Shown here: piece by piece, positions 20,969 to 30,537 of the stretch
Layout: each line of letters starts with the position of its first letter
Position numbering within the stretch: position 1 is the first letter of the stretch
Translations under genes and position numbers: made by a program
Notes under the pieces: generated by a model
What the model was told of the DNA's origin: nothing
Databases searched by the model: none
What the model saw: only the letters and a program-made list of their open reading frames with translations
Assembly (NCBI GenBank): GCA_018650465.1
Contig: JABIFY010000035.1
Location: 45,526 to 109,525 of the forward strand
DNA from: Alphaproteobacteria bacterium
GTDB lineage: Bacteria; Pseudomonadota; Alphaproteobacteria; UBA2966
Length of the DNA stretch: 64,000 nucleotides
Reading direction: 5' to 3'

Positions 20969-21059
20969 GTCATGCCGGACTTGATCCGGCATCCATGCTT
21001 GGGATGTAAGGCAGGTGATCAATTCAAATGCGTAGACCCCGCATCAAGTGCGGGGTGAC
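20969..21059. repeat. Nested-hairpin REP-like element (two hairpin arms in inverted orientation around an AT-rich spacer)
   Basis: Left arm gtcatgccggacttgatccggcatc. The right arm reverse-complemented is gtcaccccgcacttgatgcggggtc. Related copies at 48953-48979 and 55657-55755. Confidence 0.5.
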
Positions 21060-21084
21060 TAAAGATAGGGTGGCTGATTTGTGC

Positions 21085-21115
21085 AAAAAAAAACGGGGAA
21101 GCCTGAGCTTCCCCG
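21085..21115 (-). terminator. Rho-independent terminator downstream of korB
   Basis: On the minus strand, cggggaagc-tcag-gcttccccg is followed by T9. Confidence 0.6.
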
Positions 21116-21136
21116 AAATTTCGAAACTTTGGAAAA

Positions 21137-22030
21137 CTATTCAGCGGCCTGAGCCGTCTTTGCTTTGATGTCGGCCCCGGCGGAGGTGGCTATGGCGTCC
21201 AGGTTATCGCTGAGGGTCGGACGTATTTCCTCGAACAGAACGCCTAAGCCAGGGGCGTCGGTTTTGCCGGCCTCGATCATGGCGGCCATTTGATCGCTGC
21301 TGTCGTGATCTTCCGGCAAGGGACGCACGGCCATGTTCATATTCTGGTAGGTCATGTCAGTTTTATCGAACGTGACGCAGGGGCTGAGTATGTGAAGATA
21401 GGAAAAGCCGCGATGGGCGATGGCCTTCTTGATCATGCCCGCCAGGTGATGCTGGTGCCCGGCATAGGCTTGGCCCACCCAACTGGCGCCATAGGACAGT
21501 ACCATCATCAAGGGTTTCAGTGGCTGTTCACGATTTTCATAAGGTGTCGTGGACGTCTTGAAACCCATGCTGGATGTCGGCGACGTCTGGCCTTTGGTCA
21601 GGCCATAAATTCCGTTGTCGAACAAGAGATAAGTAATATCCACATTGCGCTTGGCCGCGTGTGGGATGTGACCACCACCAATGGCAAAACCGTCACCATC
21701 GCCACCGACGACCACAACAGTCAGATCATCATTGGCGGTTTTGATCCCGGTGGCCACGGGCAGGGTGCGGCCGTGCAGGGTGTGGAAGCCATAGACATCG
21801 ACAAAAAACGGAAAGCGTGAGGCGCAACCAATGCCGGATACGCAAACCACATTTTCATTTTTCAGGCCCAACTCGTTCAGGGAGTTGGTGACGCCTTCCG
21901 TCATGCTGTAATAGCCACAACCCGGACACCAGGTCGGCAAGGACCCGGAACGGAAATCCAGACGCCCGCTATCCTGAATGTCTTTCAGCTTTTCTTCCAG
22001 GTAAACTGGTTCTTTTAATTCAGCAGTCAT
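21137..22030 (-). CDS. korB: 2-oxoacid:ferredoxin oxidoreductase beta (TPP-binding) subunit
   Basis: 297-aa ORF. WCPGCG, VVVGGDGDGFAIGGGH (TPP motif). Confidence 0.9.
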   Translation of the reverse strand: MTAELKEPVYLEEKLKDIQDSGRLDFRSGSLPTWCPGCGYYSMTEGVTNSLNELGLKNENVVCVSGIGCASRFPFFVDVYGFHTLHGRTLPVATGIKTANDDLTVVVVGGDGDGFAIGGGHIPHAAKRNVDITYLLFDNGIYGLTKGQTSPTSSMGFKTSTTPYENREQPLKPLMMVLSYGASWVGQAYAGHQHHLAGMIKKAIAHRGFSYLHILSPCVTFDKTDMTYQNMNMAVRPLPEDHDSSDQMAAMIEAGKTDAPGLGVLFEEIRPTLSDNLDAIATSAGADIKAKTAQAAE

Positions 22031-22045
22031 AATCTGCTAATCCTC

Positions 22046-23839
22046 TCAAGCTGCATCTTTTGCTTCGCGACCTGCGAGGCGGCGAATTTCATTTAAAATA
22101 TCGTCAACCCGCATGGGTGTGCCGGGAACCATGTTCAAGCGGTTCACGGGGCGACCAAGGGTGCCGGAGACGATCCCGGCGAACTGGCCTTCGTAATTCA
22201 GTTCTGGAAGCAGGACTTCGTTGGCGCTGTCCATGAATTCCGAGATAGGCTGTTCCGGCAGGGGTGACATCATCACCACCTTCATGGCAGCGCATTTGAT
22301 GCCCTCGTCCCGGGCCAGCATCATGGCCTCCAGACTTTCACCAAATGTCGAGCCCCAGGCCAGAATACCGACTTCAACATCGCCTTCATCGCCAAAGCGT
22401 TTGGTGATTGTAATGCCTGGATGGTCAACAGCTTTGGACAGTTTGTTGTGGCGCTTTTCCGACATATCCATGTGGATATTGGCCTGGTCACTGGGCCGCC
22501 CCAGGTCGTTATGCTCAAGGCCGGTGACTGTATGAATGCCGCCGGCCTGGCCCGGAATGGCGCGGGGACTGATGCCGTCATCGGTTTTGGCAAAGCGTTG
22601 GTATTTTTCACCGGACTTGGCGGGCACCATGGCTTTGCTTGAACTGGCTTCAAAGCGTTCATCAGGGGAGACAATAACGGTCTCGTATCGGTTCGACAAA
22701 TAAAGGTCCAGCAGGACAATGACCGGTGTTTGATAACGTTCGGCCATCTCGAAGGCCTTGCCGGCACAGCGCCAACAACCTTCCACATTTGTGGGGGCGA
22801 GGACAATGCGCTGGGCATCGCCAGAACCGCCAAAGACGGCGAGATTAAGATCAGACTGTTCGGTCTTGGTCGGCATGCCTGTAGACGGCCCACCACGTTG
22901 TGAAACGAATATCACGGACGGCACCTCAGCCATCACACTCAAGCCCAGCATCTCGGCCATCAAGGCAAGGCCGGGACCCGATGTGGCCGTGGCGGAACGA
23001 ACCCCGGCATACCCGGCACCAATAGTGGCGGCAATGGCGGAAATCTCGTCTTCGGTTTGCAGGGCCCGTTTGCCGCGCTTCGGCATTTCGGTAACCAGGC
23101 GTTCCATAATCGTTGTCGCTGGCGTAATGGGATAACCAAAATAGGCTTCGATTCCGGCATCCAGGCAACCTTCAACCACGGCTGAATTACCGCTTAACAT
23201 GCGGGCTTCATGTTTGGCCTTTGCCGGTGGCGCGCCAATGGAAACTTCGTCGAACAGAAATTCCCCGGCACCCAGATCAAAGCCTGCATCAAAGGCGGCT
23301 GTGTTGTCTTTGGTCACGGCGGCCGGTTTGGTCTTGAACTTTCGGGCGATGATGGTGTGAAAGACGTCTTGTTGCAGGCCATACAATCCGGCGACAAATC
23401 CAAGGGCAACCATGTTGCGGCCCCGGTTGCTGCCCGTGGCGCGTTCCGAAATTTCACGGATCGGCAAAGCATAGGGGATTTGACCGGGCTGCAGGTGGCC
23501 GGAAATATGTTCGCCTTCCATCATCAAGCTCATGGGGGCGTTGTCATAGATCACGGCACCAAAATCACGTACTTCCGATGCATGGGGAATGGCGTGGCTG
23601 TCATCCAGCGAGACCAGAATATCGGTCTGCTGTTTCATGGAATAAACTTGTTCGCCAGTGACCCGGGTCCGCGAGACACATTTGCCGAAGCCACGAATTT
23701 CTGCCGGATATTGATCAAAGGCGATGACGCGGTATCCGGCCATGGCCATGGCTTGTTTAAGAATGTCGCCGACAGCAATGGTGCCATCACCGGCCGAGCC
23801 ACAAAAAGCGATCTGGAGATCGGTGCCGTTTATCGTCAC
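22046..23839 (-). CDS. korA: 2-oxoacid:ferredoxin oxidoreductase alpha subunit with fused N-terminal gamma domain
   Basis: The track ORF starts at a TTG at 23854. I prefer the GTG at 23839, which forms a GTGA overlap with the upstream stop and has GGGAG 9 nt upstream. The N-terminus IAFCGSAGDGTIAVGDIL is gamma-domain-like. Confidence 0.9.
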   Translation of the reverse strand: MTINGTDLQIAFCGSAGDGTIAVGDILKQAMAMAGYRVIAFDQYPAEIRGFGKCVSRTRVTGEQVYSMKQQTDILVSLDDSHAIPHASEVRDFGAVIYDNAPMSLMMEGEHISGHLQPGQIPYALPIREISERATGSNRGRNMVALGFVAGLYGLQQDVFHTIIARKFKTKPAAVTKDNTAAFDAGFDLGAGEFLFDEVSIGAPPAKAKHEARMLSGNSAVVEGCLDAGIEAYFGYPITPATTIMERLVTEMPKRGKRALQTEDEISAIAATIGAGYAGVRSATATSGPGLALMAEMLGLSVMAEVPSVIFVSQRGGPSTGMPTKTEQSDLNLAVFGGSGDAQRIVLAPTNVEGCWRCAGKAFEMAERYQTPVIVLLDLYLSNRYETVIVSPDERFEASSSKAMVPAKSGEKYQRFAKTDDGISPRAIPGQAGGIHTVTGLEHNDLGRPSDQANIHMDMSEKRHNKLSKAVDHPGITITKRFGDEGDVEVGILAWGSTFGESLEAMMLARDEGIKCAAMKVVMMSPLPEQPISEFMDSANEVLLPELNYEGQFAGIVSGTLGRPVNRLNMVPGTPMRVDDILNEIRRLAGREAKDAA

Positions 23840-24870
23840 GCGCTGTACTCCCAAAACGGCGAATCAATGCTGCCGTCGTCCTTGATAATTAATTGCTCGT
23901 CGACCTCGGTCTCGAACGGTACGTCTGCGCCCATCATGTTGCGGGCAGAAATCTCGCCCATCTTGCGCACATTGCGCCAACCATAATAGAACCGGTAACC
24001 GTTACTTTCTTGCTCCCAGATCTGGCAAACATCACCAGCAGCATAAATTTCATCGCGCGTTGTTTTCAGCTGTGGATTGACCAGCAAGCCGCGTTCGATA
24101 TCAACGCCTGCAGTGCTCATGAAATCGACCATGGGGGCGAGACCGTATTGCGTAACCACAACATCCGCCGACACTGTTTCGCCACTGACAAAGACAACAC
24201 GGCGTGCGGTTGCACCGCCGCTTGTGTCTTCAATGCGTTCGACCTCGCCGTGATTAATTACTTCTATGCCCATGGTTTCAAGGGCGGCAAGATATTTGGG
24301 ACGGTCTTCTGCAGAAATTTCGTGTGGCCAGAAGGTTCGGTCACCTGGCACAACAGTGACCTGATAACCGGTTTCAATCAGGGTGCGGGCCAGATCAAGT
24401 CCGATCATATCGCCGCCCAGCATGACCACCCGCCCACCTTTGGGCAAAGCCTTGTACATCTTCATGGCCGACCGATAGGTCGTGAACTGATGGGTTAAAC
24501 TGGCTGTTTCCTGTAAGCGTTCCGGCAAATAACCTGCACCACCTGTAGCCACCAGCAGCTGGTCAAAGCCCACTTCTTCGCGGTGGGCCAGAACCAGTTT
24601 GCGCCGCTCTGTATCAACATCGGCGACAATGCTTCTGCGACGTAAAGTAATATTGTTGTCGGAAAAATATTCAGGCGGGTTTTCAAGATAATCGCGCCAA
24701 TCCTGACGGCCTTTAAAGACGTCAGGCAATTCATAGCGATTATAAAAAAGCAAAGGGCCTGCCGAAATAATACTGATGCGGCAGTCCTTGTCTTTTTCAC
24801 GCAGAATTTCAGCGGCGCGGTTACCAGCGACGCCGTTTCCAATAATAACCAGATGGGGTGCGGAACTCAT
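23836..24870 (-). CDS. FAD/NAD(P)-dependent pyridine nucleotide-disulfide-family oxidoreductase (short, no C-terminal dimerisation domain)
   Basis: 344-aa ORF. HLVIIGNGVAGNRAA (first Rossmann dinucleotide motif), VVMLGGDMIGLD (second), YAAGDV. Confidence 0.8.
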   Translation of the reverse strand: MSSAPHLVIIGNGVAGNRAAEILREKDKDCRISIISAGPLLFYNRYELPDVFKGRQDWRDYLENPPEYFSDNNITLRRRSIVADVDTERRKLVLAHREEVGFDQLLVATGGAGYLPERLQETASLTHQFTTYRSAMKMYKALPKGGRVVMLGGDMIGLDLARTLIETGYQVTVVPGDRTFWPHEISAEDRPKYLAALETMGIEVINHGEVERIEDTSGGATARRVVFVSGETVSADVVVTQYGLAPMVDFMSTAGVDIERGLLVNPQLKTTRDEIYAAGDVCQIWEQESNGYRFYYGWRNVRKMGEISARNMMGADVPFETEVDEQLIIKDDGSIDSPFWEYSA

Positions 24871-26733
24871 TTATACGTCCTGGTAGAAGATTTCCTGTTT
24901 GACGATGGAGATGCACTTGGTCGGGCAGACCATAAAGCAGGCTCCACAGCGAATGCATTCGTCGTTGTCGATCCAGATGGCGCCGACCTTGTCCCACTGC
25001 TTGGTTTCTTGCAGATCGCCATAGGTGCCGTCGTCCTTGACCTCCACGCCCGAGACCAGCTTGATACAATCGCGCGGGGCGACATCAATACAGGCGCGGC
25101 AATAGATGCAATTGTCGACATCGATTTCATATTTCATATGGCAGAGGTAACAACGCTTTGCTTCCTCGTGGGCCATATCTTTTTCAAAGCCGGTTTCAGC
25201 CTCGGTAACCAGATCATCAAAACGGGTTGCCATGGGCTCGGTCGGGATGTGCTGGCGCGGGATGAAGTCATAGGCGCGCTCGCGCAAGGGACCGTCAACC
25301 GGCTCGATCTTGACGACCTTCTTGCGCCGGACGCGCTCCATCAACCAGGTATCCAGTTTGATGGCGATTTCGCGACCATGGCCGACAGCTTCAACTACGG
25401 TCGTGGCCCCACTGACAAAATCACCAGCGGCAAACAGGCCATCAACCGAGGTCATGCCGTTTTCGCCAACACGCACATTGTGCCAGCGATCCAGGCCGAC
25501 ATCGATATCCATCACATCATTAATGGTTTTCTGACCGATGGCCACAATGACCGTGTCGCAGGGCTCGACGAACTCTGACCCTTCGATAGGAACAGCTTCG
25601 CGCCGGCCATTGGCACGGTAACCGCCCAGACGATTTTGCACAAAGCGCACGCCCGTGACGTTGCCGTCCTTATCGCGTTCCAGGCCGACCGGTGTCCGCA
25701 GCCCCAGAATCTTGACGCCTTCGCGCTTGGATTCAAAGATTTCCTCCAGCGTCACTGGAATGTATTTTTCTGTGGTGCGGATATGTACCGAGACATCGTC
25801 TGCGCCCAGGCGCAAAGCCACACGGGAACAATCCAGGGCCGTGAAACCGGCACCGATAACAGCAACGCGTTTGCCGACAACTTTTTCTTCACCACGGTGC
25901 AGTTCGGTCAGGAAGTCGAGGCCATATTCAGCGTTGGGGGCTTCAATGACGGGGTCGATGTCTCCGTCTTTCAGGCCCTTCAGCGGCAGCGGGATCGCCA
26001 GCATACAGCCCATGGCCATCAGGACGGCGTCATAATCTTTCATCAATTGTGAAAGTTTGGTGTCGTCCACACCGGTACCCATATTGACGCCGGTCTTGAC
26101 CTGAACGCCAAGGCGGGTGGAGTTGTGTACTTCCACATCCAGCACATCGCGCGGCAGACGGAAGACCGGGATGCCGTAATACAGCATGCCACCGGCAACC
26201 TCTTCACGCTCCAGGATTGTCACCTGGTGACCCAGCATGGATAAATCGTGGGCAGCCGACAAACCGGCCGGACCCGCACCAATGATGCAGATCTTTTTGC
26301 CAGACGGCGCATAGAGATTTTCGGTTATCCGGTGGCCATCCGTTTTCAGGTCCGACGCGGCCCGTTTCAGGTGACAAATATTGACCGGATCACCATTGCC
26401 TGCCCAGCCATGTCGGCAGGCATCCTCACAGGGGCGCGAACAAATGCGCCCCAGGGTGCCCGGCAAAACATTGGCCATGCGGTTGATTTCATAAGAACGA
26501 CTATAGCGTTCTTCAACAATCGTTTGGATATAGGCCGGGACGTTGGTGTCCGCCGGACACGCCGCCTGGCACGGGACGTTTTCACGCACCCAGCCAACAT
26601 CACGGGCGTCCGTGGAAAACCGGACAGGTGTAACCACCCGCCGACCGTAAGATTGTGTTGTGGAAAAATCTTCGCCTTCATCGACGTAGACCTTACGCGA
26701 TTTGATATCCGCGTCAGTCTGATTCTCGGACAT
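24871..26733 (-). CDS. GltD-like NAD(P)H flavoprotein fused to a C-terminal 2x[4Fe-4S] ferredoxin domain
   Basis: The track ORF starts at 26796. I prefer the ATG at 26733 (MSENQTD), with AGGA upstream. N-terminal Cys clusters (CQAACPADTNVP; CSRPCEDAC), ICIIGAGPAGLSAA, VAVIGAGFTALD, C-terminal CIYCRACIDVAP and CIRCGACFMVCP. Its stop TAA abuts the next ATG. Confidence 0.8.
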   Translation of the reverse strand: MSENQTDADIKSRKVYVDEGEDFSTTQSYGRRVVTPVRFSTDARDVGWVRENVPCQAACPADTNVPAYIQTIVEERYSRSYEINRMANVLPGTLGRICSRPCEDACRHGWAGNGDPVNICHLKRAASDLKTDGHRITENLYAPSGKKICIIGAGPAGLSAAHDLSMLGHQVTILEREEVAGGMLYYGIPVFRLPRDVLDVEVHNSTRLGVQVKTGVNMGTGVDDTKLSQLMKDYDAVLMAMGCMLAIPLPLKGLKDGDIDPVIEAPNAEYGLDFLTELHRGEEKVVGKRVAVIGAGFTALDCSRVALRLGADDVSVHIRTTEKYIPVTLEEIFESKREGVKILGLRTPVGLERDKDGNVTGVRFVQNRLGGYRANGRREAVPIEGSEFVEPCDTVIVAIGQKTINDVMDIDVGLDRWHNVRVGENGMTSVDGLFAAGDFVSGATTVVEAVGHGREIAIKLDTWLMERVRRKKVVKIEPVDGPLRERAYDFIPRQHIPTEPMATRFDDLVTEAETGFEKDMAHEEAKRCYLCHMKYEIDVDNCIYCRACIDVAPRDCIKLVSGVEVKDDGTYGDLQETKQWDKVGAIWIDNDECIRCGACFMVCPTKCISIVKQEIFYQDV

Positions 26734-26946
26734 GCCGATTCCTGTACCCAAGTGCTGGTCAATGCGCCACGAATTTGAGGCGCGGTTTCTAATCAATTCG
26801 TCAGGCCAACATTACCGCAAGTTCATGGGGAAAAGGCAACTGGCTATTAGTGTTATTTTTGATAATTCATATTCATTAGAGTTTTCTAAAGTAATGAAAG
26901 ATTATTAGCGCAAATCAACCCGACGGGGCAGCCGTAAATTTAATCT

Positions 26947-27615
26947 TCAATTGCCCACTTCCTCACCTGGAATTGTCCAGCTTTCCTGGTCACTTGCGTC
27001 TCGCCACCAGATCATGCCTTCGGTGGTCCAGACGGCATCGGCATATGCCTGCAGGCTGTCGGTTAACTCGATGCCATAGGTTCGGAACCGGGACACCAGG
27101 GGTGCAAACATTGCGTCCGCAGGACAGAAGGGCCCGAACAAAAATGACCCATCGGCCTTCTTTCGCCCCTTTTGATCCAGGCAGCCTTGCCATAGGGCTA
27201 AAACGCGGGCGACGTCACTTTTTGCCTGTTCCGACAAATCGACCTTTCGGCCTGTCGCCCGGATATTCATGGGGATTTCACTTCGCAAGGCGGCAAAGCC
27301 TGAATGCATTTCTGCGCTGACCGCGCGGGCATGCGCTCTGGCCGCTGGATCCTCAGGCCACCAGGGCTGGTCTGGATAGGTTTCTGCCAAATATTCGATG
27401 ATAGCCAGGCTGTCCCAGACTTTCAGGTCACCGTGAAACAGCACCGGTACCCGTCCGGCATCGGAATATTCCAACAGGCGTTGTCTTGTGTCGGGCAGGT
27501 CAAGCGGGACCATTTCTTCCCTGAATTCCAGCCCGGCCTGGCGCATGGCCAGCCACGCCCTGAGAGACCAGGATGAATAGTTCCGGTTGCCAATGATCAG
27601 TTTCAATTCGGGCAT
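26947..27615 (-). CDS. Glutathione S-transferase family protein
   Basis: The track ORF extends to 27747. I prefer the ATG at 27615 (MPELKLIIGNRNYSSWSLRAWL), with aggaaacc upstream. Thioredoxin-like GST N-domain. Confidence 0.8.
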   Translation of the reverse strand: MPELKLIIGNRNYSSWSLRAWLAMRQAGLEFREEMVPLDLPDTRQRLLEYSDAGRVPVLFHGDLKVWDSLAIIEYLAETYPDQPWWPEDPAARAHARAVSAEMHSGFAALRSEIPMNIRATGRKVDLSEQAKSDVARVLALWQGCLDQKGRKKADGSFLFGPFCPADAMFAPLVSRFRTYGIELTDSLQAYADAVWTTEGMIWWRDASDQESWTIPGEEVGN

Positions 27616-27724
27616 CTGCGGGGTTTCCTGCAATAATAGGAGGAGGCTCAAGAAAAATATCTCAGCCAGGCGGTAATCGGTTTCAGACCATGGTAAACAT
27701 GCCGAACCAAATAAAACAGGAGAC

Positions 27725-29110
27725 TTGTCCGTGCCCGCTATCAGCAATTTGATTTCATCGTCACAAAACCCGGTTTCCCTGCATCTTGTGGGGACCGATG
27801 ATTATGAAGAGTGGCTAGCGGCCCAACCCACAGAAGCGCAAAACTGGGTCGCTGCGACCGGGTTCAAAGCCAAATCAGGGGCGGCAACGCTGATGCCAGG
27901 AACGACGGGTGGGGCTTCTCTGGCTGTCGCTTGTTTTGGCGAGGATGCCGATCTCTGGACCTGGTCAGCTATAGCTGAAAAACTGCCTGCCGCTGATTAT
28001 GCGCTGGCATCTGATTGTTCAGGCGTTGACGATCTGGCCCTGGGCTGGGCTTTGGCAGCTTATCGGTTCGAACGTTACCTTGAAGAAAATACCACCGATC
28101 GCGCGCAACTGGTCTGGCCGACGACTTGTGATCAGACATCCGTTGAGGCCTTTCATGCGGCCATCACCCTGACCCGTGATCTGGTCAATACACCTGCGGC
28201 AGATATGGGACCGGAAGACCTGGCGGCGGTCGCAAAGTTTCTGGCTGATGACCATGGTGCAGAATATAGCGAATTAATCGGTGATGAATTGCTGACAGAA
28301 AATTTCCCCATGGTGCATGCTGTGGGCCGCGCCAGCGACCAGGAACCGCGATTAATCGATTTCACCTGGGGGAACGCCGTTCATCCCAAAGTGACGTTGG
28401 TTGGTAAAGGTGTGTGTTTTGATTCCGGTGGCCTTGATCTGAAATCGGCCAGTGGCATGGAAATCATGAAAAAGGATATGGGTGGGGCGGCCAATGTTCT
28501 GGGTCTGGCCAGTTTGATCATGGCAGCAAAGTTGCCGGTTCGCCTGCGTGTTTTGATCCCGGCGGTGGAAAATGCGGTTTCAGGCAACGCCTTCCGGCCT
28601 GGCGACATTCTGACCAGTCGCAAGGGGATAACCGTCGAGATTGGCAATACGGATGCTGAGGGCCGCCTTGTTCTGGCAGATGCCCTGGCGGAAGCCGCCA
28701 ATGATGATCCCGATCTGTTGATTGATTGCGCCACCTTAACCGGTGCTGCCCGTGTGGCTCTGGGGCCAGAGCTGCCGGCATTTTTTACAGATGACGAAGA
28801 CCTGGCGCGCGATCTGGCGGAACAAGCCACGGCAGTCTCTGATCCGATGTGGCGCTTGCCCTTGTGGCAAGGCTACCGGGATATGTTTGATACCCGCATG
28901 GCGGACATCAATAATGCAGGTGCCGGTGGCTTTGCCGGGGCCATCACAGCAGCTTTGTTTTTACAGTATTTCGCTGAAGACGCCCGCTCCTGGGTACATT
29001 TTGACATGTATGCCTGGAGCAAAAAAGCACGTCCTGGCCGCCCAGCTGGCGGTGAGGCTCAGGCGATCCGGGCTTTGTTTGCTGTTTTGCAAAAACGCTT
29101 TGGTGCTTGA
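27725..29110 (+). CDS. M17 leucyl aminopeptidase family protein
   Basis: 461-aa ORF. TTG start with aggaga SD. VGKGVCFDSGGLDLK and NTDAEGRLVLAD metal-site motifs. Confidence 0.85.
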   Translation: MSVPAISNLISSSQNPVSLHLVGTDDYEEWLAAQPTEAQNWVAATGFKAKSGAATLMPGTTGGASLAVACFGEDADLWTWSAIAEKLPAADYALASDCSGVDDLALGWALAAYRFERYLEENTTDRAQLVWPTTCDQTSVEAFHAAITLTRDLVNTPAADMGPEDLAAVAKFLADDHGAEYSELIGDELLTENFPMVHAVGRASDQEPRLIDFTWGNAVHPKVTLVGKGVCFDSGGLDLKSASGMEIMKKDMGGAANVLGLASLIMAAKLPVRLRVLIPAVENAVSGNAFRPGDILTSRKGITVEIGNTDAEGRLVLADALAEAANDDPDLLIDCATLTGAARVALGPELPAFFTDDEDLARDLAEQATAVSDPMWRLPLWQGYRDMFDTRMADINNAGAGGFAGAITAALFLQYFAEDARSWVHFDMYAWSKKARPGRPAGGEAQAIRALFAVLQKRFGA

Positions 29111-29180
29111 GCCAAGTGTGACTATATTGTAGCCAGATTTCCGGGGGACGAATAAATGTGTTTTAACAAGAGTAGTCCCG

Positions 29181-29534
29181 ATGATCAGTAGTCTTTCTTC
29201 CCAACAGGTGCTTGAAATCTGGCGTGATTCGCTGGTTGAAGGTGTGCGCCGCGATGGTCCCGACTTGACCGCCCGCCAATTGGCCCTGATGCTGACGGTT
29301 TACCTCAAACCCTTGCCCCATACGGTGCGCGGATTATCGGTAGAACTGAATATTGGCAAACCAGCCGTGACCCGCGCCCTGGACGCCCTGACCAAATACA
29401 GTTTCGTGCGCCGCATTCCCGACCCGGATGACAAACGCAGCATCCAGGTACAGCGCACGGTAAAAGGTTCGATCTATCTCGTGGAATATGCCGACCGCGT
29501 GGTCGAAGCGATCGAAGGTATGGATCTGGGTTGA
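29181..29534 (+). CDS. MarR-like winged-helix transcriptional regulator
   Basis: 117-aa ORF. LTARQLALMLTVY...VRGLSVELNIGKPAVTRALDALTKYSFVRR...DKRS wHTH pattern. Confidence 0.65.
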   Translation: MISSLSSQQVLEIWRDSLVEGVRRDGPDLTARQLALMLTVYLKPLPHTVRGLSVELNIGKPAVTRALDALTKYSFVRRIPDPDDKRSIQVQRTVKGSIYLVEYADRVVEAIEGMDLG

Positions 29535-29563
29535 TACCCCCCCCAGGCTAATACCCCGCCAGG

Positions 29564-30499
29564 TTAATACCCGCGCCCGACCTTCACCTCATTCAGTGGC
29601 GCGTCGCCGCGCAACACGCCTTTGATATTCGCCAGGATTTGTGGGCAGACATCTGCGGGAAATGAATCGGCGGCATTATGAGGCGTGATCGTGACTTTTG
29701 CATGGGACCAGTAGGCATGGTCTTGTGGCAAGGGTTCCACATGAAATACATCCAGGGTCGCACCAGACAGCTTGCCACTGTCCAGGGCTGCCAACAGATC
29801 ATCATCCACCACATGCTGGCCCCGCCCGGCATTAATGAAATAGCTGTCATCGGGTAATTGTGTCAGTAAGTCAGCATTGACGATGCCCCTTGTCTGGTCG
29901 GTTAAGGGCAGCAGGCAGACCAGCATTTTAACACTGGCCAGAAATGGGGCCAGGCCATCAGGTCCATGATAGCTGGTCACGCCATCGATATTTTTGGCAC
30001 TGCGACTCCAGCCCGCAACCTGGAAGCCCATGGCGCGAACCTTGTCGGCGGAAAACTGGCCCAGCTCGCCCAGGCCCAAAAACCCGATGGTTGTCGCAGC
30101 GGCATCATCGGGGGCGATATATTTCCATTTTTTTGCCGTCTGAAAATCTTGCGTTTCAGCAAAATGGCGGTGATAACGCAGCACATGCAACACCACATAT
30201 TCCGCCATGGACCGGGTCAGGCGTGGGTCGACCACGCGGGCGATGGGCACACCGTCTGGCAGGTCGGGGTCCTTGAAGATGGCCTCAACGCCCGCGCCCA
30301 AATTACAAATCAGTTTCAGGTTCGGGAACTGCTTAAGGCTGCCGTGGATATGGTGCCAGACAATAACGGCTTCGATTTCGGCCGGGTCCCCCACATCAGG
30401 CCACAGCCGCAAATCAAGGCCTGGGTCCACTGCCGCAAAGCCGTCACGCCAGATTTCCTGGGAATGAAATTCACCAATTTGTATCAGGATTGCCATCAA
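29564..30499 (-). CDS. D-isomer-specific 2-hydroxyacid dehydrogenase (glyoxylate/hydroxypyruvate reductase A-like)
   Basis: 311-aa ORF. GFLGLGELG NAD motif, INAGRG, TPHNAA (catalytic His context). Confidence 0.85.
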   Translation of the reverse strand: MMAILIQIGEFHSQEIWRDGFAAVDPGLDLRLWPDVGDPAEIEAVIVWHHIHGSLKQFPNLKLICNLGAGVEAIFKDPDLPDGVPIARVVDPRLTRSMAEYVVLHVLRYHRHFAETQDFQTAKKWKYIAPDDAAATTIGFLGLGELGQFSADKVRAMGFQVAGWSRSAKNIDGVTSYHGPDGLAPFLASVKMLVCLLPLTDQTRGIVNADLLTQLPDDSYFINAGRGQHVVDDDLLAALDSGKLSGATLDVFHVEPLPQDHAYWSHAKVTITPHNAADSFPADVCPQILANIKGVLRGDAPLNEVKVGRGY

Positions 30500-30537
30500 A
30501 TAACTTTCTAATGTATTCCGGCACGATCAGGTCAATG

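Noticed and set aside
26797-26946. AT-rich region upstream of the kor operon, scanned for an FNR/CRP-type TTGAT-N4-ATCAA box.
   Set aside because: Only partial half-sites are present (ttgataattcatatt). They are not convincing.
26947-27747. N-terminally extended ORF-track models for GST, PEBP, purD, cytochrome c, DUF374, the hydrolase, korA and the GltD-like gene.
   Set aside because: The extensions lack SD sequences, overlap neighbouring genes or add non-homologous leaders. Internal starts give canonical N-termini with SD-like sequences, so shorter models were used.
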